A stretch of 64,000 nt of DNA from contig JBEQLE010000003.1 of NCBI GenBank assembly GCA_040326155.1, positions 32,001 through 96,000 of the forward strand, given 5' to 3'. The translations under genes were made by a program, and so were the position numbers. The DNA is from Leptospirales bacterium (GTDB taxonomy: Bacteria > Spirochaetota > Leptospiria > Turneriellales > JAOUFE01). Under the pieces are notes generated by a model. It ran no database searches. It saw only the letters and a program-made list of their open reading frames with translations, and was not told the DNA's origin. Of the stretch, positions 10,210 to 19,848 are shown one piece after another (positions within the stretch are counted from its first letter, which is position 1; every line of letters begins with the position of its first letter).

Positions 10210-10491
10210 TTACTTTTTTTTTTCAGGGATAACTTCAATTTTTTGCTTTAAAGACCATTTTCGATATGGCGCTAACGCTTCAATTCGTGCATGAGAAATA
10301 AAGTAGACATTTTCTCCATATTGAACCAACGCCCCTTCATACGTAGCATGCTTACCTTTAAATTCTATCCACCCGATCTCTTTTACCGCTGTCCAATTAT
10401 CACAGGTTTTTAAACTGGGAACTTTATATAAGTATAATTCGCGTATCTTGAACTCATCAAGACCGCCTCTTCTAAGGGTTTGTATGTCCAT
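10210..10491 (-). CDS. Hypothetical protein
   Basis: 93 aa, AGGA RBS upstream, fills the gap between genes. Confidence 0.65.
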   Translation of the reverse strand: MDIQTLRRGGLDEFKIRELYLYKVPSLKTCDNWTAVKEIGWIEFKGKHATYEGALVQYGENVYFISHARIEALAPYRKWSLKQKIEVIPEKKK

Positions 10492-10562
10492 ATTCCTATT
10501 CTATACTTTATTTCTTATAGTCAAGTCTTTTGTGTATCCATTCGGGATTAGTTCGCCATCTA

Positions 10563-10643
10563 GTTAATCAGCAATTCTCACCCGCTTTTTTGTCGGGATG
10601 GACAATGACGGCCTGTATAATCTGGTAATGCCATATGGGCATT
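10563..10643 (+). repeat. 81-bp direct repeat, copy 1
   Basis: 70/81 ungapped identity to 11944-12024 (manual count); core 10573-10611 matches at 38/39. Confidence 0.92.
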
Positions 10644-10806
10644 ATCAAAAAATGCTTGAGTATATAAAAATCTAGAATTCTTAGTGAGAATTACTGGACA
10701 CATTATGAGAATTTTTTGATAATTCGTTGACCTGAGATGAGTGAAGCATGTAATGCAATTAAAAACTTCCGAATGAGTGGTGTAATATTTGGGAAGAGGA
10801 GCAGTT

Positions 10807-11904
10807 ATGAGGAACAGAGTTACTAAAAGATTTTTATCAACGGCATTCATATTATCCATGTTCGGCCTATCTGCATGCGGTGGTGGGGGCGGCGATGTTA
10901 TTGATATTGTGGATGTTGCCATGACATGGCAAACAGAAGTTTCCGTAGACACAGGCGGGGTAGTGGGTGATTACACATCCATAGCTGTGGCTTCTTCCGG
11001 TAAACTTCATGTCAGCTACCGCGATCTTACAAATGGAAACCTTAAATATGCCACTAACAGTTCCGGCGATTGGGTTACTACAATTGCAGACACAGGCGGG
11101 GTAGTGGGAATGTACACATCTATAGCTATTGATTCTTCCGGTAAAATTCATATCAGCTATCTCGATTCTACGAACTCAAACCTTATGTATGCCACTAACG
11201 CCTCTGGTGCATGGGTAGCTGAAACGGTGGACGGAACAGGGAGTATGGGTACATACACATCTATAGCTATTGACTCTACTGACAAGGTTCATATCAGCCA
11301 TATTGATACTGCCGGAACACTCCGTTATGCTTCAGGCACTGCTGGCGCATGGACTCTTGAAGATGTAGATGCAACAACATCTGTTGATAAATGGACTTCT
11401 ATAGCTATTGACTCTACTGACAAGGTCCATATCAGTTACTACGATACTACCAATACAGCCCTCAAGTATGCCACAGGCAATGCAGGCGCATTTACTCTTG
11501 CTACCGTAGAAGCAGGGACTGTTGGTGAATACACTGCTATAGCGGTTGATTCTGCTGACAAGATCCATATCAGTTACCACGATGGTGCCAATACATCCCT
11601 AAAGTATGCTACCAACGAATCTGGTGGATGGGTAGCTGAAACGGTGGAGAACTCTGCTAATGTTGGTTGGCACACATCTATAGCTATGGATTCTACTGAC
11701 ACTGCCCATATCAGCTATGTCGATGCTTCAAACGGAAACCTTCTGTATGCTACAGGCAATGCCGGTGCATGGACTTTTGGCACCATCTTGGCCACAACAT
11801 CATCTGGTAACTGGAATTCTATAGCTATTGGCAGTTATAATAGCGTTCATATCAGCTACCAAGGTTTTGCCTCTAAAGACCTTATGGTAATTAGCTACGA
11901 ATAA
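10807..11904 (+). CDS. Lipoprotein with seven ~46-aa repeats (predicted 7-blade beta-propeller)
   Basis: GAGGAG RBS before ATG 10807; lipobox LSAC; seven YTSIAIDSxxKxHISY-type repeats. Confidence 0.85.
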   Translation: MRNRVTKRFLSTAFILSMFGLSACGGGGGDVIDIVDVAMTWQTEVSVDTGGVVGDYTSIAVASSGKLHVSYRDLTNGNLKYATNSSGDWVTTIADTGGVVGMYTSIAIDSSGKIHISYLDSTNSNLMYATNASGAWVAETVDGTGSMGTYTSIAIDSTDKVHISHIDTAGTLRYASGTAGAWTLEDVDATTSVDKWTSIAIDSTDKVHISYYDTTNTALKYATGNAGAFTLATVEAGTVGEYTAIAVDSADKIHISYHDGANTSLKYATNESGGWVAETVENSANVGWHTSIAMDSTDTAHISYVDASNGNLLYATGNAGAWTFGTILATTSSGNWNSIAIGSYNSVHISYQGFASKDLMVISYE

Positions 11905-11943
11905 ATTTAAGGCAATATGGTGTACCTACGCACTTGCAACCTT

Positions 11944-12024
11944 GTTGGTCAGAAATTCTCACCCGTTTTTTTGTCGGGATGGACAATGACGGTCTGTAGA
12001 ATCTTGAGTTGCCATATGGGAATT
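11944..12024 (+). repeat. 81-bp direct repeat, copy 2
   Basis: Same orientation as copy 1, offset 1381 bp. Confidence 0.92.
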
Positions 12025-12095
12025 TGAATAGTGGTTGACATACGGTTAAAAACTTCATTGATACTAATGAAGTAATTTTTTTTGAGGAGGAGCTA

Positions 12096-12854
12096 ATGAA
12101 ACGCTCACTAAGTTTATTAATTATATTTTCACTTGTCTCACTGGTTGCGTGTGGTGAAAAAAAACCGATTACCCCGGTTGACACCGTAATAGGCAATAAA
12201 TATGCAAAATACAGAGTTTCCATTCGGAAAGCGGCCGATTTAAAAGACTGGCTGGCAACATTGGAAAAAGCCGAAGAAGTAGAACTATTGGAAGAGTTTG
12301 AACAGCTCAATGCCAAAAAGGATACGATTACAATTGCAAAAGTTCGTTTGGCCGATGACCAGATTGGTTATGTTGAATCTCGATACCTTGCAAATGATCC
12401 CATAGTTTTTGTAGAAGACACCCGGGTTTTTAATCGACCCGCCTCTGCAAGTAAGGTGATAGTTACATTACCCAAAGGAACAATCGGTTTTGTTTTAGAA
12501 GAAAAAGACGGTTGGACTAAAATTTATGTCGGTAAATACGATGGAAAGTGGATAACGAAACACTGGGTTGAGTCAGTCTCTTACTCTATCGATGCTCCAC
12601 TTGTTCTCGATGCCCGAGAGTATGAAACAGCTCTGGCGCTTTTAGCAGAGAAAAAATACGATGAAGCTCATGAAAAACTGACTGATTTAGCTAACAACGC
12701 TTCTTTTTTCAATGAATTGGCTGTAGAACAATTGGCCGAAATTGAAAGGTTACAAGAAGAAGAAACAGCTGTAAAAGAAGCCGAAGCAGCGAACAAAACC
12801 GAAACAGAGTCCGACAACGCCCCTGGCACTGAAACAAACCCTGCCACTGAATAA
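12096..12854 (+). CDS. Lipoprotein with tandem SH3-like domains
   Basis: GAGGAG RBS; lipobox LVAC; AKVRLADDQIGYV and LPKGT..VLEEKDGWTKI resemble bacterial SH3b. Confidence 0.7.
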   Translation: MKRSLSLLIIFSLVSLVACGEKKPITPVDTVIGNKYAKYRVSIRKAADLKDWLATLEKAEEVELLEEFEQLNAKKDTITIAKVRLADDQIGYVESRYLANDPIVFVEDTRVFNRPASASKVIVTLPKGTIGFVLEEKDGWTKIYVGKYDGKWITKHWVESVSYSIDAPLVLDAREYETALALLAEKKYDEAHEKLTDLANNASFFNELAVEQLAEIERLQEEETAVKEAEAANKTETESDNAPGTETNPATE

Positions 12855-12904
12855 TTTCTCGCAAACACATCCTGGGAAGTTTCAATCTTTCCAGGATGTT
12901 CTGT

Positions 12905-12998
12905 TCAACCATACACTTCATATCCGGGCCGGAAGGCCAATATCATCTGCGATTGCATTGCCAATAGCCCCGCCGACGCCGGTAATAAGAACTCGCTT
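12905..12998 (-). pseudogene. Relic of a Rossmann-fold (SDR/epimerase-like) N-terminus
   Basis: KRVLITGVGGAIGNAIA, continuing after a frameshift as ILAFRPGYEVYG then stop. Confidence 0.5.
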
Positions 12999-13018
12999 TA
13001 GATTAGAACCTATTCGGT

Positions 13019-13498
13019 TTAATGTTCGTGTTCTTCATCTTCGTCATGTCCTTTTTCTGGCGTGATTCCAGCAGCTTCCAAAGAGTCTTTGATCGTTTGC
13101 AGATCCCCTTCTTGCATTTTTGCATCAGGATGCAACCACAGGTAATTACCAATCGGCATTTCACCTTCTTCAATTTCTTCCAGAATTTCACCCCAGATTT
13201 TTGGCTTTTTCGAATCTTTTACAGAGTCCCATTTTGAAAAGTTCAAATGCTCGCGAGCTTTGTTTACATGCATGCCGATTAAAAACGAGAAAACGGGCAC
13301 GCGGGAATACCAGGGGTAAACCGTTTCGTGGCTATGGCAATCGTAGCAAGAACGCTTCAAAATCTTGTCCGTCGCTTCGTCTAAAATCACACCGGTATAT
13401 TTTTGCTCGGGATTCGTTCGTGAAATAACCATCTCCCCGATTGTATAGGTTACGATAAGGAACCCAAGAACAGTTTTCAATATTAAGTTTTTTTTCAT
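13019..13498 (-). CDS. Haem-binding domain protein (c-type CxxCH)
   Basis: ILKRSCYDCHS..T.YPWYS, LNFSKW, GEMP..YLWLHPDA; likely start 13498 with N-terminal TM. Confidence 0.88.
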   Translation of the reverse strand: MKKNLILKTVLGFLIVTYTIGEMVISRTNPEQKYTGVILDEATDKILKRSCYDCHSHETVYPWYSRVPVFSFLIGMHVNKAREHLNFSKWDSVKDSKKPKIWGEILEEIEEGEMPIGNYLWLHPDAKMQEGDLQTIKDSLEAAGITPEKGHDEDEEHEH

Positions 13499-13538
13499 TT
13501 TATTTCCTTTATTTTCAAAGTAATTTATATACTTTTCT

Positions 13539-14144
13539 TCATTTGTCCAAAATTTCCTGAGAATAGTCGAGTGTTTCCAAAGTTTTCTTGGCGATTTCAG
13601 CCATTTTAACATAGCCCGCCTCAGAAGGGTGAACCGAGTCTGGCAACAATCCGGCCTTCAGTATGTTATTCTCATAGAAAGCGCGGTCAAAAGGGATAAT
13701 CGGTTGTCCCGTATTTCGAAGCCATTCTCGATAAATTTCAAGTTCAGCGTCAATTCGGGGTTCGACTATTGGTACAGGTATTCCCCAGATCAATTTTTTC
13801 CCCGCCCCTGAAATCAGTCTCTCAATTTCTTGTGACGTGTCGATCATCTCCTGGATTGTAATGTCAGAGTAAACGTCATTCGTTCCGCCCATAACAATAA
13901 TCGTTCGCGCTCTGGTTGTCGCCGCAATCTCACCCAGCCTGTATTGCATTCCTTCGAGAACATCACCGTTTAGCCCATGATTGATTATGGAAATCCCCAA
14001 TGCGGCCTCTACCATTTGCGTCCATGACTTACCATAGGGATAACCCCAGGTTATAGAATCGCCCACTGCCGCAATTACCTTCGAATTTTGCTGTGATATC
14101 TCTGTCACCGTTTCAAAAATAACGGCAATACACTTTGTAAACAC
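13539..14144 (-). CDS. SGNH/GDSL hydrolase
   Basis: GDSITWG, NHGLNG, GGTND, DSVHP blocks; exact start uncertain. Confidence 0.92.
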   Translation of the reverse strand: MFTKCIAVIFETVTEISQQNSKVIAAVGDSITWGYPYGKSWTQMVEAALGISIINHGLNGDVLEGMQYRLGEIAATTRARTIIVMGGTNDVYSDITIQEMIDTSQEIERLISGAGKKLIWGIPVPIVEPRIDAELEIYREWLRNTGQPIIPFDRAFYENNILKAGLLPDSVHPSEAGYVKMAEIAKKTLETLDYSQEILDK

Positions 14145-14150
14145 GAAAAG

Positions 14151-14387
14151 ATGGGTTATGCGTATTTATTTTTTGCATGCAACAACATGATTATTGATAC
14201 TAATACGAAACAATTGACCTCAACAAGAGCAGATCTGGCGATAGCCAGCGAGATGCCTGCAGATTATACGGATACAAGTGGCAAGCACCCTAACGGAACG
14301 GGATATTGTGAACTTGTTGGTTTTGAAAATACTGTGACCTACCGTAATCGGGTACTGGCCTTTTTGAAGAGTGGTACTCTGCCTTAA
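14151..14387 (+). pseudogene. Possible C-terminal relic of another SGNH hydrolase
   Basis: 78 aa containing SGKHPNGTGY (block V-like) without blocks I-III. Confidence 0.35.
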
Positions 14388-15367
14388 GAAGTATTTGCAA
14401 ACAAGTCAAACGGATCTTTTTCGGGAAGAATTCCGAATTTATCGAGAAAGGCGATGTAACGGTCAAAGTAGTTTTCTATTTTATCTATTCGGGATTTTTC
14501 TACGGGGCCCAGTTGTCTACCGGCCGATTTAGTTGTGACCGGTAGAGGAAAATCGGTTCCGAAAAACATTCGCGATTTAAACTCGGTAAGGTTTTGCAGA
14601 TGCTGAATAACATTAAAACGAGTGCGCAGGCTCAGGGCCGATAAATCGATATAAAAATTCGGATATCTTGCAAAATAATCTGCCATAGTTTCAATCTGCG
14701 TTTCGAAAATGGCTAAGCCCGAAGCGCAGGCATGGGCTCCAATAAAATTTACTCCCTGTTCCAGCGCAGTTTCATACAAAGAAAGTGCTCCCAGTTTTTG
14801 GTTTGAACCAGGCAAAGCAAACTCATAACCTGTATGACCTAGAAGAGGCAAATTCAGTTTTTCGAGTTTCTTATAAAAAGGTATGTATTTTGCATCGACG
14901 GGATTAAAGTGTTGGGTGTTGGGTAAAACTTTCACCAATACCGCGCCCTGGTCATATACTCTATCGAGCTCATCAAGTGCATCGCGACGGGCAGGGTTAA
15001 TAGAGGCGGCGTAATATAAATTTGGGTAAGGTTTTAGAGACTCGCAGACGTAATCATTATTAATCAAGAAAATAGTCCTGTCCCTGTCGAGCCACCCTTT
15101 CTCATCATAAACTCCGTCTAAACCAAAAACGACTCCACGTGAAACGCTTTTAGATTGCTCCAGAGTTTTAGACAAGTATTCAACATACGCAGTATCTATG
15201 GTATCTCGTTTATCCAGTATACCATGGTATTCGGCCAGCGTCTTCAGCATCATTTTAATTTTTATATTAGATTTGACCCTGTTATAGGAACGGTGGTGCA
15301 AGGCCGACGTGCCAAAAGCGACTGAGTGTATATGGACATCCGTGAGTTGTTTTTTCTTTCGCGACAT
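14384..15367 (-). CDS. Amidohydrolase family (Amidohydro_2-like) protein
   Basis: DVHIH, ASINP, HTG, GAHA, FGTDFP motifs. Confidence 0.9.
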   Translation of the reverse strand: MSRKKKQLTDVHIHSVAFGTSALHHRSYNRVKSNIKIKMMLKTLAEYHGILDKRDTIDTAYVEYLSKTLEQSKSVSRGVVFGLDGVYDEKGWLDRDRTIFLINNDYVCESLKPYPNLYYAASINPARRDALDELDRVYDQGAVLVKVLPNTQHFNPVDAKYIPFYKKLEKLNLPLLGHTGYEFALPGSNQKLGALSLYETALEQGVNFIGAHACASGLAIFETQIETMADYFARYPNFYIDLSALSLRTRFNVIQHLQNLTEFKSRMFFGTDFPLPVTTKSAGRQLGPVEKSRIDKIENYFDRYIAFLDKFGILPEKDPFDLFANTS

Positions 15368-15500
15368 ATATATAGTAATCCTTTTCTAAAGGGTTTTCTA
15401 TATGTAAATGAACATTCCTCTTGTCGATTGAAAAACGAGATAATCCGCCGTAATATCACACTTGACATGGTGTCAAAATGCCTATCGGTGGACGTAGATC

Positions 15501-15574
15501 GCGCGTGTAGCTCAGGTGGTTAGAGCACTTGCTTGACATGCAAGGGGTCACTGGTTCGAGTCCAGTCATGCGCA
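15501..15574 (+). tRNA. tRNA-Val(GAC), CCA not encoded
   Basis: Acceptor GCGCGTG/CATGCGC+A; anticodon arm CTTGC-TTGACAT-GCAAG; T-loop GGTTCGAGTCC. Confidence 0.97.
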
Positions 15575-15601
15575 AAATTCCACACAAAAAAGAAGTAAAT
15601 T

Positions 15602-17506
15602 ATGATTACCCTGACCCTGCCGAACAAACAAGATATTGAAATCGATGGTGTAAAAACCTACGGCGATGTAATTGCAGAACACTTGCCCAAACTGGCTCAG
15701 CGACTGGTAGCGGTGAAAATTGGCGACGATACTTTTGACCTTTCGCGGGAAATAGAAAGCAGTGGAAAACTAACGCCAATTACTTTCGATTCGGAAGAGG
15801 GCAAAGAAATTTTCTGGCACTCCAGCGCGCATGTTTTAGCTCAGGCCATTAAACGACTCTACCCATCGGCGCAATTAACGTTTGGGCCAGTCACCTCTCA
15901 CGGCCCCGGCTTCTTTTACTACGATATCTTTCTCGAGAACGAAACTATTTCAGAAGAAAATTTTGAAGCCATCGAAAACGAGATGAAAAAAATTACCGGA
16001 GAGAAGCAAACAGTTTCACGCTCTGTGTATAAACGCGAAGATGCGGTTAAAGAATTTCGAGATATGGGTGAAGAGTTCAAGGCTAAAATTATTGAAGATA
16101 TTCCGCCTGAAAATGAAATTACCATTTATAAACAAGGGGAGTTTCAAGACCTTTGTCGCGGTCCACACGTTCCCAATACATCGATTTTAGGAAATATAAA
16201 ACTTACTGCTATTTCTGGCGCATATTGGAAAGGCGATTCCTCGAATCCGATGCTGCAACGTATTTATGGCATTAGTTTCACTTCCGAAAAAGAGTTGAAA
16301 TCGTATTTACATAGATTGGAAGAAGCTAAAAAAAGGGACCACCGCAAATTAGGTAAAGAACTTGATTTGTTTAGTTTTCATGAAGAAGCTCCTGGCATGC
16401 CATTTTATCATCCCAAAGGAACCGCCCTGTTTAACGCCTTGCAGGAATATATAAGAAAAGAGTGTTCTTTAAGGGGTTACGAAGAGTTGAGAACGCCGAC
16501 TGTTCTTTCAGATGAGCTCTGGCACAGGTCGGGCCATTTTGAAAACTTTAAAGAGAACATGTATTTTACGGAACTGGATAATCGCGGGTTTGCCATAAAA
16601 CCTATGAACTGTCCAGGCTCTAATCTGGTATATAAAGAACGCCCTCGAAGTTATCGTGACCTGCCGTTAAGGTTGGCCGAACTTGGCATGGTTCACCGTC
16701 ATGAACTTTCGGGTGTGCTGCATGGACTTTTTCGGGTGCGCGCTTTTACCCAGGACGATGCGCATATTTATTGCTCGCCCGATCAGTTGCAATCTGAAAT
16801 TGAACAAACCATAAAATTTACGATTGATGTGTACAAGAAATTTGGTTTCGATAAAATTAATATCTTTATTGCCACAAAACCTGAAAAGGCGATGGGCTCA
16901 GAAGAGAACTGGAAAAACGCAACCGAAGCGCTCGAACAATCTTTAGAGAAAATGGATTTAGAATTTGCCATCAAAGAAGGCGAAGGCGCTTTTTATGGAC
17001 CGAAAATAGAATTCAACGTAGAAGATTCTCTGGGACGAAACTGGCAGCTGGGTACCATCCAGGTTGATTTTTCGATGCCCGAAAGATTCGAACTTGAATA
17101 CATCGGAAGCGACGGCGCAAAACATCGCCCGGTAATGGTTCACCGTGCCATACTCGGGTCGATTGAAAGATTCATGGGGATTTTACTGGAACACTATGCC
17201 GGTAAAATGCCTTTCTGGGTATCGCCCGTTCAAATTCGCATAATGACTGTAGGCGAATCTTTTGTCGAATATGCGGATGATGTTAAAAGACAGCTTGAAG
17301 AAAAAGGTTTCAGGGTAGATAAAGACTATCGTGACGAAAAAATCGGATACAAAATTCGCGAATGGAATTCTCAAAAAATTAACTATGGCATAATTGTCGG
17401 AGAAAAAGAGGTCAACGACAAAACCCTCTCTGTCAGAAAACGCGGCGATAAAGATTCACCCGTTATGTCTTTTGACGAGTTTATCGAGAATCTCCAAAAC
17501 GATTAA
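15602..17506 (+). CDS. thrS: Threonine--tRNA ligase
   Basis: TGS domain, HSSAH, DLCRGPH, KPMNCP, FYGPK, MVHRAILGSIERF. Confidence 0.98.
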   Translation: MITLTLPNKQDIEIDGVKTYGDVIAEHLPKLAQRLVAVKIGDDTFDLSREIESSGKLTPITFDSEEGKEIFWHSSAHVLAQAIKRLYPSAQLTFGPVTSHGPGFFYYDIFLENETISEENFEAIENEMKKITGEKQTVSRSVYKREDAVKEFRDMGEEFKAKIIEDIPPENEITIYKQGEFQDLCRGPHVPNTSILGNIKLTAISGAYWKGDSSNPMLQRIYGISFTSEKELKSYLHRLEEAKKRDHRKLGKELDLFSFHEEAPGMPFYHPKGTALFNALQEYIRKECSLRGYEELRTPTVLSDELWHRSGHFENFKENMYFTELDNRGFAIKPMNCPGSNLVYKERPRSYRDLPLRLAELGMVHRHELSGVLHGLFRVRAFTQDDAHIYCSPDQLQSEIEQTIKFTIDVYKKFGFDKINIFIATKPEKAMGSEENWKNATEALEQSLEKMDLEFAIKEGEGAFYGPKIEFNVEDSLGRNWQLGTIQVDFSMPERFELEYIGSDGAKHRPVMVHRAILGSIERFMGILLEHYAGKMPFWVSPVQIRIMTVGESFVEYADDVKRQLEEKGFRVDKDYRDEKIGYKIREWNSQKINYGIIVGEKEVNDKTLSVRKRGDKDSPVMSFDEFIENLQND

Positions 17507-17761
17507 ACTATTGAATCTATTTTTATACGCCGTACCACGGTTCCGGTAAAAAATTATTATCCAGTTTATCTAACAGTAGTTTTTGCTTATCGCTTTTTTT
17601 ATGTTCATCCATTTGATAAACCACAACTATATATAGATAACGTCCTTCGGGTTCCTTCGGATAAATTTCAATAAATGATTTCTCTAATGAGAATTGCTGA
17701 ATATATCTAAACTTATAAAAAGAGGTTTACTCTCCCGGCCCCGGCTTTATACATCCAGATA

Positions 17762-18553
17762 ATGAATTCTAAAAGGTTAAACTATCCCCGGGCGTTAAAA
17801 ACCCTTTTTCCTGAGTATTTCACAAGTGAAAAAACGATACTCGCCACACACCGGGGCTACGGTAAACACGGGCCAATTGCTGAAAACACTCTCGGAGCGT
17901 TTCAAGAAAGTACGCGGCGCGGTTTTAAAGCTCATGAACTTGATGTAAGAATTAGCCTGGATTTAAAAGCAGTACTGTTTCATGGACCCACCCTTGAAAA
18001 AACCACTTCTGGTTTTGGCCGACTCGAAAAGCAAAACATGGTTGACCTTGAAAAACTTGACTGGGGAAACTACCTGCCCAAAAAAGCAAAACCTGTAAAA
18101 CCCCTTCTACTGGAAGAGTATTTAAAACTGTTTGCAAATAAAGTTTTTACAAACATTGAAATAAAACACGATTGGTGTATATTTAACCATAACCTGGAAA
18201 ACACAGTTATAGACATTTGTAAAAAAAATTGGGGCAAAGGTAATTATATATTCAGCAGCTTCAATCTATGGTCACTACGTTATTTACGCAAAGCTTTACC
18301 TGCTGCAGCAATAGGAATTCTAATCGACCTGAGTCCATTTGCATCATTAAAAATTGCAATCGGTCGACTCTTTGTAAAACCCGATTCCATTCATCTACAC
18401 CCTCAATTGGCGACCCAAAAAAGAGTTCTAAAATATAAAAAACTGGGTTATGGAATTCTGGTCTGGGGTATTAACAGTTCGGAGAAACTTCAAGAAATGA
18501 AAAATCTTGGTGTCGATATCGTGGTTACCGATAATATGGATCTGTGCAAATAA
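17762..18553 (+). CDS. Glycerophosphodiester phosphodiesterase family protein
   Basis: HRG, ENTL, ELDV, NIEIK, SSFN, VVTD. Confidence 0.92.
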   Translation: MNSKRLNYPRALKTLFPEYFTSEKTILATHRGYGKHGPIAENTLGAFQESTRRGFKAHELDVRISLDLKAVLFHGPTLEKTTSGFGRLEKQNMVDLEKLDWGNYLPKKAKPVKPLLLEEYLKLFANKVFTNIEIKHDWCIFNHNLENTVIDICKKNWGKGNYIFSSFNLWSLRYLRKALPAAAIGILIDLSPFASLKIAIGRLFVKPDSIHLHPQLATQKRVLKYKKLGYGILVWGINSSEKLQEMKNLGVDIVVTDNMDLCK

Positions 18554-18565
18554 CACTGATCATGA

Positions 18566-19744
18566 TTATTTTTCAAGCCTGTAGATTCTTCCAGAAGTAA
18601 AACCTACAATTAAAAGTTCACCATCAACATCAAGACCGAAACTGGAAATATATATACTCGTATCGACTACCAGTGAAGCCAAATTTTGTTTTGCCCCATT
18701 TTGCGAAATCGCCCAGATACGTCCCTCGACAAAGTCACCGAAAATATATAGTCCGTGCAGCTCTGGTATATTTTTTCCGCGATAAACATAACCGCCTGTA
18801 ATGGAAGCTCCCATTTCATGTGTATACTCATAAATCGGATTTTCCAATCCAGCGCGTTTACAATTTACCGCAGGATTATAACAATGAGTTCCTTCCAGAA
18901 TGTGCCAGCCGTAATTTTTACCTTTTTCAATAATCGATACTTCTTCGTACTCATTTTGGCCCACGTCGCCCACCCAAAGTTTTCCGGTTAACCGATCAAA
19001 ACTGAATCTCCATGGATTGCGCAACCCATACGCAAAAATTTCCGGCGCCTCGGATGTTAAAAATGGATTATCTTTAGGTATGGAATATCCCTGCTGGTTT
19101 GAAACATCTACGCGTAATATTTTACCAAGTTTTGTGTTCAAATTTTGCCCATTGTTATGGGGGTCTCCCGCCGACCCGCCATCACCAACGCCGATGTACA
19201 AATAACCATCCGGGCCAAATTCGATATGGCCCCCATTATGGTTACCATAAGGCTGATCTATTTCAAAGAGAACTTCTTCTTTAAAAGAGAGTTGGCCGGT
19301 TTCGGGGTTCCAGTCGGCTGCATTCTCTGTTAAAACTAAACGAGATAGCCTTGTCTTTCTCGGCTTACATACGGAATAATATATATATAACGATTTGTTA
19401 CTTTCAAAGTCTGGGTCAAAAGCAAGACCCAACAACCCTTCCTCCCAACCTTTTGAACAAACCTTCTTATGAATATCGATTAGTGTGGAATTTTGCCAGG
19501 TTAAATTCTCTTTTTGTACTGTGGGATATGCATATTTTAGATAGCCTTTTTTTTCTACTATAATATAAGACCTGGCTTCGCGTATTGACCATGGAGCGGG
19601 AGTTATAAAAACGGGACTGGTAAAACTAAACGGAAACATAGATACCGTTTTTATTCCTGGAATATAGCCTTTGCTGCCGTAGATTCCAAAAACAGTCGCG
19701 AAAATGAACAAGAAAGATAATGTGGATTTTTTCATTGCAATCAA
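18566..19744 (-). CDS. PQQ-dependent sugar dehydrogenase (GSDH beta-propeller)
   Basis: GLLGLAFDP, NHNGG..FGPDGYLY, GLRNPWR, NYGW. Confidence 0.93.
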   Translation of the reverse strand: MIAMKKSTLSFLFIFATVFGIYGSKGYIPGIKTVSMFPFSFTSPVFITPAPWSIREARSYIIVEKKGYLKYAYPTVQKENLTWQNSTLIDIHKKVCSKGWEEGLLGLAFDPDFESNKSLYIYYSVCKPRKTRLSRLVLTENAADWNPETGQLSFKEEVLFEIDQPYGNHNGGHIEFGPDGYLYIGVGDGGSAGDPHNNGQNLNTKLGKILRVDVSNQQGYSIPKDNPFLTSEAPEIFAYGLRNPWRFSFDRLTGKLWVGDVGQNEYEEVSIIEKGKNYGWHILEGTHCYNPAVNCKRAGLENPIYEYTHEMGASITGGYVYRGKNIPELHGLYIFGDFVEGRIWAISQNGAKQNLASLVVDTSIYISSFGLDVDGELLIVGFTSGRIYRLEK

Positions 19745-19848
19745 AATAAAAGATTGCCAATAGAGGGCAAGTTATTTTTCTTCGATTTTAGTATATTTAA
19801 AAGAAAGCATGAACTATTTTTATTAGTTTGAAGGTAATGAGGTGAATT

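Noticed and set aside
10600..10643. IS1-transposase-like peptide (PYGITRLY) in the direct repeat
   Set aside because: Only eight residues, not followed by the TD motif, with in-frame stops upstream
10947..11860. CRISPR-like periodic repeats
   Set aside because: Period is ~138-141 bp, in frame within an ORF, and explained by protein repeats; no cas genes
15462..15476. Inverted repeat TTGACA-TGG-TGTCAA as an operator
   Set aside because: Equally explained by back-to-back -35 boxes of divergent genes; no second copy seen and -10 boxes are unconvincing
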